Shown piece by piece: positions 56,928-64,000 of a DNA stretch of 64,000 nucleotides. This stretch comes from a virus. Taxonomy: Duplodnaviria; Heunggongvirae; Uroviricota; Caudoviricetes. Within the stretch, counting starts at the first letter, position 1. Each line of letters begins with the position of its first letter. The position numbers and the translations under genes are program-made. The notes under the pieces are model-generated. The model was not told the DNA's origin. It did not search any database and saw only the letters and a list, made by a program, of their open reading frames with translations. The stretch lies in the IMG/VR virus record IMGVR_UViG_3300028840_008157; one strand, given 5' to 3'.

Positions 56928-59900
56928 TTAGATAGAGAAGTCATGGGTATGCCCTGCCGATGCCTGGACAACCCCGTTGATCACCTCGTGCGAGTGGGAC
57001 GCGTTCGATGACGTCGTCCCGCTTATCAGGAACTTGTCCGTTATCAGGGCGTCGAATGTCAGCGTGTGCGCGTGGTCCATCGTCCTGGTCGTCACGACGG
57101 TCCTCGTCGTCCCGGTCGGGGCCGCAGGCCCGCTGCTGCCCGGCGAGCCGGGCAGGTTCAGCTTGACGATGGCGTCGTTGGCCAGGGAGAACAGCAACGC
57201 GAACTCGTCGACGACCGGGACGGTCGTCGGATCCGATATCAGCTTGATGCCGACGCGGAACCCCTCGTTCTGGTGCTCCGGCGGGACCTCGAAGACCTTG
57301 TTCGGCGTTATGACGAAGTATTCCGAGAAGTCCGTCGTGTCCTTCCCCGATATTCCGAAGACGATGTCCGTCGATGGCGGGTTGAGGCAGCCGTTGTAGG
57401 TCAGCAGGCCGCGACGCAGGTCGTTAGGCAGTCGGAAGTGCGTCGTGAAGTAGTGAACCGCCTGGGCCGTCCGCATCTGGATCCTGACCTCGTGCAGCTC
57501 GGGGCTGAGGACGCCGGGCCTGCTGGCGGTCAGCGTCGCCCTGAATTGCAGAAATTGACCGGCCTGGTTCGTGATGTCGTTCCCGGACGGGTTGGTCATC
57601 TCGGGGGACCACGCCTCGGTCAGGACGCCGGCCGAGGTCGAGGAGCTCCTGACGGCCAACGTGACGGACGTCCCTGCGGGCGTCGTCGCGTCCCACTCGA
57701 TGCTGCGCCATTGGACCAGGGACGACGTCCCGTTGAATATCTCCGATTCGTATACGGCGATCTCGGCCTCGACCTTGTTCCCGCTGAGGAACGCGATGTC
57801 GCCGTTGATCGAGAATACCTCCCTCGCGTTCCCGTCGATCTCCACGAGCCTGTGGTTGAGGATGGCGCCGCCCTGTCCGGTCGTGCTCGGGTCGTCGGCC
57901 CCGGGGAGCGTCAGTCCGACGCACGGGTTGTAGCACGTGATCCACGTTCCGTCGTCGTTCTTGACCGTCGATATGTTGCCGACGCCGTCCCTGAACCTGA
58001 CGTAGGCGCAAAGCTCGATGTTCCCCGCGACGGCCGCCCCGTCCACGGCCGCGTCCAGCGTCGAGACGGAGTTGTCGTGGAGCATCAGCAGCCTACCAGG
58101 CAGGAATCCCACGTCATTGATGTCGTTGCCGGTTCCCGTCATGAACTGCCAGCGCTGGCCGTCGAAGAAGTAGACGTCGTCCTCGGCGGCCGCGTACATG
58201 CGCCCGTCGCTCGCCCTGAGCGCGCTGACCAGTTCGTGGGCGGTATCGAAGGACTTGATGAAGAGGTCCTCCCCGCTGACGTAGCGGTATATCTTGCCGT
58301 TCGGGTAGGTCGCGGCGAAGAGGAGACCCCTCTCCGGGACGGACCCGATGACGTTCATCGAGTAGTCCTTGTCGGCGTGGACGATGTTGACGAGCCCCGA
58401 GATCGGATTGTACTTGAAGACGCGACCCGGCCTGGAGCCGTTGAGGACGTGGGTATGGTTGTCGGCGACGGCCAGTATTCCGTTGGCCACCGCGTGCGTG
58501 TGCCCATCGGACTCGGAGGTCGTACCGTTGACGCCCGACAACGAGGTGACGCCCGAAGAAACCTCGATGGAATGGGCGTGGTCGTTCGTCGTCGTCGTAC
58601 GAAGGGTCGATCCAGCCGAGACGCCTCCATTGGAGGTCACCCAGAAGAGGTTCGTCCCGAGTATGGCGAAGTCGTTGACCGACTCCTCGTAGGTATCCTT
58701 GAAGAGGCTCAGGTTCATCGCCTCGTCGATGGCGTAGACGCGTCCGTTCGGGCTGCTCCCCAGGAACAGCGTGCTGTCGAAGGAGGCCATCGACCGGATG
58801 CCCTCGCCGGGGAACTCGAATGCCTGGGTCAGCGTCGTCCCGTCCCACGTATAGACGCGTCCATTCGAAGACGTCCCGACGAGGAGCTTGCCCGCGAAGG
58901 CGGCGAGCGACGTTACCTCGTCCTCGTTGGTCGTAAAGAGCAGCGCTACGTCTCCCGTAGACGCGTCGAGCTCGTAGACGCGTCCGGGGTCACGCGTCAT
59001 GATGAGGATGCGTCCGTCGTACTCGTAGAATCCGGTGGCCTCTTGGTCTAGTCCGGCCGGCGGGATCGGCTCGATCTCGTCGACGAGCTCCGTGACGGCA
59101 ACGTCCTGCGGGAGCTCGAGGTTGTACGTCGGGGCGAACGTGATCCACGGCAGGTCGTTGCCCTCGGAGTCCTTGAAGTCCTCCCTCGCGCTGACTTGCA
59201 TGTCCGCCACGCCGCTGACCTCGTCGGTCGCGGTCAGCGTGAGGGTTATGTTGGTTACGGAGTTGATGCGGGATATCGCGGCGCAACCGACCGGCCCCGC
59301 CTCGTCCATGGCGATGGTATCGGAAATGTCGCAGATGGTCGGGTCGTGTAGTATGTCATAGACGCAGCCGTTGCTGCCCGACAAGCCCACGTACAGCTTG
59401 TCGACGCCATTACCGTCGTACGTCTCCATGTCTACGACCCTGTAGGTAGACGGCATCGCCTCGAAGTTGCGCATCCAGAACGGGGGCTGCCCCCTCGAGT
59501 CGTACGCGACGTATACCCAGGACGCGGCGGAGAGCGTCATCCTTACGTACTCGTCCGAGTCGTCGGATTGGCCGGCCGACGGGAGAACCACGTGGAACGA
59601 GTCCCGGATCTCGTTTGCCGGTAGCGCGACCTTGTCCGTGGTGTCGTCGGTGTACATGACGTCCCCCGAGGAGACGCCCTGCATGACGACCGCGCCGGAC
59701 GGCGTCGAGATGGAGGATATCGGGTTCGACGTCCCGCTCGACGGAACGACGAAGAGACCGTACATGAGCGCCCCTTGGTTGCTCGCTCCGTCCGCCAGGT
59801 TGCCCCCGAGCACGACGTCGCCCGCGTCGAACCTGGCCCGGTAAAGCGGCATGATCGCCCGCGTGGCGTTGACGACGGCCCGGTCCTCGAAGTTGCCCAC

Positions 59901-62900
59901 GTTCGTGGAGAAGTTTCGTATCTCCCTCCATCCGTGATACACGAACGCCTCGACCTTGTCCGATGGCCCCAGCGGCTCGTCGAAGATGATGAAGGGCACG
60001 CTGGCGTCCACCCGGTAAGTTCCGAACGCCGACTCCCCATTGACCGTGGCCATGACGAGGACCTTGTCGCATCCTCCCCACGGAAGCTCGTTTCCGAGGA
60101 TGAGATAGTACTTGAAGTCCGTGATGCGATCATCGCCAAGAAGTCCGTCCTCCACCGTGTAACGCCTGAAGACGTTGTCGCAGTCCTCGCGCATCTCGAC
60201 GAGGCCGACGGACGTGGCCATCCACTTGACGCCGTTGGCGTCGATCGTCCCGTCCAGGATGACGCCTATGCCTAGTCCCTCGGAGACATACGGGGTGAAG
60301 GTCGACCCGGATATCACCGTCAGTCCGTAGGACGTCCCGACGTATCGCTTTCCCTCGTCCGGCTCGAAGAAGATCGAGCTGACGTCGTCGCTGGACATGC
60401 CCTCCGCCACCGTGAACGTGGTCGACGCGTCGCGGTTGAACTTCACGAGACCCCTGTCGGTTCCAACCCAGAGCGTCCCATCGTCCTCCTGGCCTATGGC
60501 TTGTATCTTCGTCGAAGGTAGGCCATCGAGGATGCCATAGGAGGTGATCGTCGTGATCCTAGTCGTAGAGAGGCGCTGGATCTTGTCCTCGTTAGTCTCC
60601 TCGTCGGTCGCGCTGGTCGTCCCTTCCGAGTCAGTCGTCTCCGTCGTAACCACTTCCGAGGTTGCGCCCTGCGTCGTCGGCGATCCTTCGGTAATGATCG
60701 CCCGAGTTGTCTGTTGCGAGGTTTGGCCCGTAACGGTTTCTGCAACGTTGGTGCCGGCTAGCGTTGACAAATCATCCTCGGTCAAAGGTTTCTCTATCGA
60801 GACGATGGTCAGGCCGCCGCGCGTCCCAACGGCAACGCCTCCCTTGATCGGGCGAACCGTAAGAACGGAGTCAGAGGCCAGCCCGTCGGCGCTCGTCATC
60901 CTCTGGATGACGGAGCCCTCGAGGTCGTCGATGGAGTCCTCCTTGGAGGACTCGACCGGGTCCTGCGTGGAGTCCGACCAGGACGAGGCCGTTGAGTTCC
61001 TGATGAGGTACATGAGGCCGGCCGTGTCTGTCCCGGCCCAGATGTCGTTGTTCTCGTCAACGCAGATCGAGGAAACGGAGTCCACGGGCAGCCCGTCGCC
61101 GAGGTTCGTGAAGTTGACGAATCTGCCGGGCTTGTTGTTGACTTGCCTTTCCCCGTTGAGCCATCTTTCGATGTCGTCGTTGAGCTCGTTGAGGTTGGCC
61201 GTAGAAATTCCGTTCTCGGTCGCCATCCACAGTCTGTTGTGCTGATCGATGGCCATGTCGCGAACGACGTCATCGGACATCCCGAGTTGCGTGTTCCAGG
61301 AGAATACCTGGAGAGGCTCGAAAGAGGCGCACAGGGAGAGCCTGACGTCGGTCCAGTAGGAGCTCGCCGCTATCGGGTTGACGTGCCCCCACTCGATCCT
61401 CTTCTCGAGGTCTACCCGGTGGATGACGCTGCTGATGTTGGGCTGTACGCCAGAGACGTTCTTCCGGCGCATGACGGAACCCGGCGAGGGGGTCGTGTCC
61501 TCGTATATCATGAGCTCGTCGATGACGGCGTTGGCCGTATCCGTCCCGGAGGCTTGATAGTCCCCGAAGTACAGGTCTAGTTGTGGCTCCCAGTCGAACG
61601 GGACATCTCCGGTCCTGACTTGAGTAGGTTCCTTGCCGTTGATATAGATCGTCAGGTTCCCGGACTTCGTTACCGAATATACCTGGATAGCGCCCCCGTC
61701 CGAGGAACGGACGACGGATCCCCCGACGCCAACCGCCAACATGTCAAGCCCCGACCCGGCCCCCCCGAAATTGGCCTCGATGGCCCGGAGCGCCCCGTTC
61801 TCGACCTCCGTCCCGTACATGACCCACGTGTCGCCAGCGTCGGAGCTTCGCAGGACGAGGCCATCCTGGCCGACTGCGTACACGTCGTCCGAGTCTGGAC
61901 CGTGCGCGACCCCGTACAGGCTCGGGTTGACGGAGAGGTTCAGAACCGTGGCAGACCAAGAATCGCCGCCGTCCGTCGTGCGGAGGATCATGCCGCTCCT
62001 GCCCACGATGTACGACTTGTAGTTTCCGGCTTGATGGGTTTTGCTTAATCGCATGTACTCGGTCGAGGCCGGGGCACCGGCCGGGATGTAGACCGAGCCG
62101 ACCGGCATGAAATGCAAGCCATCGTCCGTGGAGCGGTATATCTGGCCACCGGCTCCGATCACGATGACCGCTTCCTGACCGAACTCGCGAGCGAGCGCGA
62201 CGTCCCTTAGGTCCCCTATGGCGCCGGTCGTTATGCTGTCCCACGTCGCCGCGCCATCGTCGGTCCTTAGTATCGTGCCGCCGGAGCCGACGGCGAAGGC
62301 GACCGACGTTGTCCTGACGTAGACGCCGTTGATGTCCTCGTCAAGGACGCCTCCCGTATCGGTCCAGCTCTCGCCGCCGTCGGTCGTCTTCAGCAACGTC
62401 CCCATTTCGCCGACGGCCATCCCGTTGCTTGCATCCACGAAATCGATCGAGAACAGGTCGTACGTGACGCCGCTGGTCTTCTGCACCCACGTCGCGCCCC
62501 CGTCGGTGGTCTTGAAGATCGCGCCTAGGGCTCCGCACGCGAATCCCGTCGACGCGTCGACGAATGAAACGTCGTTCAGCGACGACGTCCCTATGGCGTG
62601 ATTATCCCAGGCCACCCTGACGTGTACGGGGTCGTTGGCGGACCACGAGAAGTTCGTCGAGCCCGGGGCGTTCTGGACCTCCGTCTGGTGGACGTACCCG
62701 TACGCGTCTACGATCCTGAATCTCAACGCGTTCCCGGCCCCCACGGCAGTCGATCCGAAGCACATCGTGTTGGAGGTCGTCGACGTCAGGCTGGAGTTTC
62801 CGCAGAAGACCATCGTCCCGACGTCCGTCGAAGCCCAATGGGGCCGCATCCAGAACTCGATGGCTCCGGTCCTTCCAACTAGCGAATAGGGCACGCTAAA

Positions 62901-64000
62901 TACGTTCCCGTCAGCCGACAGGTCGAAAGCCCCCTGCGTGGCGGGGGCCATGAGGGATATCCCATCGTCCGGGGCGGCGACGTGGAGGACGTTGGTCGCG
63001 ACGGAGGATTCTCCGTCCTCGGGGGGGGCCATCACGTATTCGGCCCCGATGAGCTGCGCCTGGGTCAACGCGCCGACGAGCCTTTCCTCGCCCGTCGGGA
63101 CATACTCCTCGTTCGGGACGTCGATGATGACGCCCCCGTTGTTGATGGCGACCTGCTCTAGCAGGTAATAGTTCGTGGGCTGATACGAGTAGGAAAAGAT
63201 CGCGACGTCCAGCTCGTTTGCGGACTGGAGGACGGGGACGTAAGTCGACACGGCCGACGGGTCGACGGCCCCTCCCTGAGCGTCTGTCGTCTCGCCCTGC
63301 GAAAGGACGATGACGGCCCCTACGGATGACGCCGTGAAGGAATAACCGACGGCCTCGATCAGAGACCCGCTAGCGGCGTCCTCGGTCGTTCCGGAGGGGG
63401 ACGCGACGAATGCCTGCGCGGTGGCCTTGTTCGCCGTCGTCGCCGGCTGCAATGACCCGAAGAGCCTGATTATCTCACCGTTCGAGGCTAGCCTTTCGCT
63501 GGTAATGACCTCCAAGGAATCGGCGTCGCCGAGCAGCGAGATCACCTCGGAGGCGGCCGACTTGGCGATCGTCAACGCCTCGGCGGACATTCCGGAGGAC
63601 GTATCGAGGACGATGATGATCTCGAGGGGCGGCGGGATCGCTGACTTCCTGCGAATCTTGTTCTCCACGATCAAATCTGAGTCGTCGTCGTCGAGCGGGA
63701 AATAACCCACGAGCGAGTTGTCGTAATTGACGCCGCTGTAGACGAAGTCGTCCGTTTCCGGGGAGAACGAAGACGGCTTGATGGCGGATCCGGTCTGGAC
63801 CAAGCACGAGGCGATCCGCGACGTGACCTCGTCCTTCTCGGCCTCGTATAGGATCGTGACGACGCCCTGCTCGTCCATGGCCATGGCGGGACGGGCCGAT
63901 CTGGTCATGTAGGTGTCGATCCGGGCTTCCATGCCGCGCCCGGAGCTCGAGAGCCACTCCTCGTCCGCCGCCGAATACCTGGCATAGTAGATGGACGGGT
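56928..64000 (-). CDS. giant multidomain protein, at least 2356 aa, 5'-truncated: LamG, vWA, BNR/Ycf48-type propeller, two-component-regulator-type propeller, Ig-like domain, further propeller, two His-rich modules
   Basis: The frame stays open upstream of the listed ATG at 63932 to the window edge (PSIYYARYSAADEEWLSSSGRGM). Motifs LVGYFPLDD, IIIVLDTSSG, IEFWMRP, GAIFKTTDGGATW, GLPSTKIQAI..DDGTLWVGT, DHAH/GHTH. Confidence 0.88.
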   Translation of the reverse strand, partial: PSIYYARYSAADEEWLSSSGRGMEARIDTYMTRSARPAMAMDEQGVVTILYEAEKDEVTSRIASCLVQTGSAIKPSSFSPETDDFVYSGVNYDNSLVGYFPLDDDDSDLIVENKIRRKSAIPPPLEIIIVLDTSSGMSAEALTIAKSAASEVISLLGDADSLEVITSERLASNGEIIRLFGSLQPATTANKATAQAFVASPSGTTEDAASGSLIEAVGYSFTASSVGAVIVLSQGETTDAQGGAVDPSAVSTYVPVLQSANELDVAIFSYSYQPTNYYLLEQVAINNGGVIIDVPNEEYVPTGEERLVGALTQAQLIGAEYVMAPPEDGESSVATNVLHVAAPDDGISLMAPATQGAFDLSADGNVFSVPYSLVGRTGAIEFWMRPHWASTDVGTMVFCGNSSLTSTTSNTMCFGSTAVGAGNALRFRIVDAYGYVHQTEVQNAPGSTNFSWSANDPVHVRVAWDNHAIGTSSLNDVSFVDASTGFACGALGAIFKTTDGGATWVQKTSGVTYDLFSIDFVDASNGMAVGEMGTLLKTTDGGESWTDTGGVLDEDINGVYVRTTSVAFAVGSGGTILRTDDGAATWDSITTGAIGDLRDVALAREFGQEAVIVIGAGGQIYRSTDDGLHFMPVGSVYIPAGAPASTEYMRLSKTHQAGNYKSYIVGRSGMILRTTDGGDSWSATVLNLSVNPSLYGVAHGPDSDDVYAVGQDGLVLRSSDAGDTWVMYGTEVENGALRAIEANFGGAGSGLDMLAVGVGGSVVRSSDGGAIQVYSVTKSGNLTIYINGKEPTQVRTGDVPFDWEPQLDLYFGDYQASGTDTANAVIDELMIYEDTTPSPGSVMRRKNVSGVQPNISSVIHRVDLEKRIEWGHVNPIAASSYWTDVRLSLCASFEPLQVFSWNTQLGMSDDVVRDMAIDQHNRLWMATENGISTANLNELNDDIERWLNGERQVNNKPGRFVNFTNLGDGLPVDSVSSICVDENNDIWAGTDTAGLMYLIRNSTASSWSDSTQDPVESSKEDSIDDLEGSVIQRMTSADGLASDSVLTVRPIKGGVAVGTRGGLTIVSIEKPLTEDDLSTLAGTNVAETVTGQTSQQTTRAIITEGSPTTQGATSEVVTTETTDSEGTTSATDEETNEDKIQRLSTTRITTITSYGILDGLPSTKIQAIGQEDDGTLWVGTDRGLVKFNRDASTTFTVAEGMSSDDVSSIFFEPDEGKRYVGTSYGLTVISGSTFTPYVSEGLGIGVILDGTIDANGVKWMATSVGLVEMREDCDNVFRRYTVEDGLLGDDRITDFKYYLILGNELPWGGCDKVLVMATVNGESAFGTYRVDASVPFIIFDEPLGPSDKVEAFVYHGWREIRNFSTNVGNFEDRAVVNATRAIMPLYRARFDAGDVVLGGNLADGASNQGALMYGLFVVPSSGTSNPISSISTPSGAVVMQGVSSGDVMYTDDTTDKVALPANEIRDSFHVVLPSAGQSDDSDEYVRMTLSAASWVYVAYDSRGQPPFWMRNFEAMPSTYRVVDMETYDGNGVDKLYVGLSGSNGCVYDILHDPTICDISDTIAMDEAGPVGCAAISRINSVTNITLTLTATDEVSGVADMQVSAREDFKDSEGNDLPWITFAPTYNLELPQDVAVTELVDEIEPIPPAGLDQEATGFYEYDGRILIMTRDPGRVYELDASTGDVALLFTTNEDEVTSLAAFAGKLLVGTSSNGRVYTWDGTTLTQAFEFPGEGIRSMASFDSTLFLGSSPNGRVYAIDEAMNLSLFKDTYEESVNDFAILGTNLFWVTSNGGVSAGSTLRTTTTNDHAHSIEVSSGVTSLSGVNGTTSESDGHTHAVANGILAVADNHTHVLNGSRPGRVFKYNPISGLVNIVHADKDYSMNVIGSVPERGLLFAATYPNGKIYRYVSGEDLFIKSFDTAHELVSALRASDGRMYAAAEDDVYFFDGQRWQFMTGTGNDINDVGFLPGRLLMLHDNSVSTLDAAVDGAAVAGNIELCAYVRFRDGVGNISTVKNDDGTWITCYNPCVGLTLPGADDPSTTGQGGAILNHRLVEIDGNAREVFSINGDIAFLSGNKVEAEIAVYESEIFNGTSSLVQWRSIEWDATTPAGTSVTLAVRSSSTSAGVLTEAWSPEMTNPSGNDITNQAGQFLQFRATLTASRPGVLSPELHEVRIQMRTAQAVHYFTTHFRLPNDLRRGLLTYNGCLNPPSTDIVFGISGKDTTDFSEYFVITPNKVFEVPPEHQNEGFRVGIKLISDPTTVPVVDEFALLFSLANDAIVKLNLPGSPGSSGPAAPTGTTRTVVTTRTMDHAHTLTFDALITDKFLISGTTSSNASHSHEVINGVVQASAGHTHDFSI

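Noticed and set aside
63932-63932. ATG 63932 as the true start of the 2334-aa ORF
   Set aside because: The frame is open with protein-like sequence up to the window edge, so the gene is probably 5'-truncated.
2-64000. Numerous plus-strand and off-frame ORFs (e.g. 1535..2539, 5035..6045, 50427..51623, 57066..59051)
   Set aside because: They are shadows of GC-rich minus-strand genes: they lie fully within better ORFs, have Arg/Val/Leu/Pro-biased composition, and show no motifs.
1-64000. Alternative genetic code or stop-codon readthrough
   Set aside because: Standard-code ORFs are very long and tile the window. TAA, TAG and TGA all end genes cleanly, often with ATGA coupling.
1-64000. Borg-like or eukaryotic giant-virus origin
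   Set aside because: High GC, Shine-Dalgarno sites, translational coupling and phage-type fibre domains point to a bacterial virus. No NCLDV or Borg hallmark genes were seen, though this cannot be fully excluded from one window.

Overview
High-GC, gene-dense window with about 23 genes. All are on the minus strand except one small membrane-protein gene at 2652-2909 (+). There are no housekeeping, tRNA/rRNA, transposase or CRISPR features. The content best fits the late/structural region of a very large (jumbo-like) tailed phage, but this is an inference: no capsid, terminase or portal gene is recognisable here. In transcription order (right to left) the blocks are: (i) a ~22 kb cluster of four giant FN3/Kelch/vWA/LamG/beta-propeller proteins, the first of which runs off the window edge; (ii) four proteins dominated by Gly-Xaa-Ser triplet repeats (roughly 6,300 repeat residues in total), interleaved with three tandem glycine-rich adhesin-like paralogs; (iii) two more fibre-like proteins, one with a glycoside-hydrolase-like barrel; (iv) a GT4 glycosyltransferase and a 1834-aa polyprotein with five intact and one degenerate glycosyltransferase domains; (v) a putative head/neck structural protein and a membrane-anchored permuted NlpC/P60 enzyme. 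The main hypothesis is a virus-encoded O-glycosylation system that decorates giant Ser-Gly fibres, forming a proteoglycan-like virion coat. Other notable observations are a bipartite AGG(A/T)-N18-GAA motif resembling the B. subtilis sigma-H consensus, found upstream of five genes, a vWA domain apparently split across two adjacent genes, and repeated nested domain insertions. All protein-family calls come from reading motifs by eye; no database searches were run.
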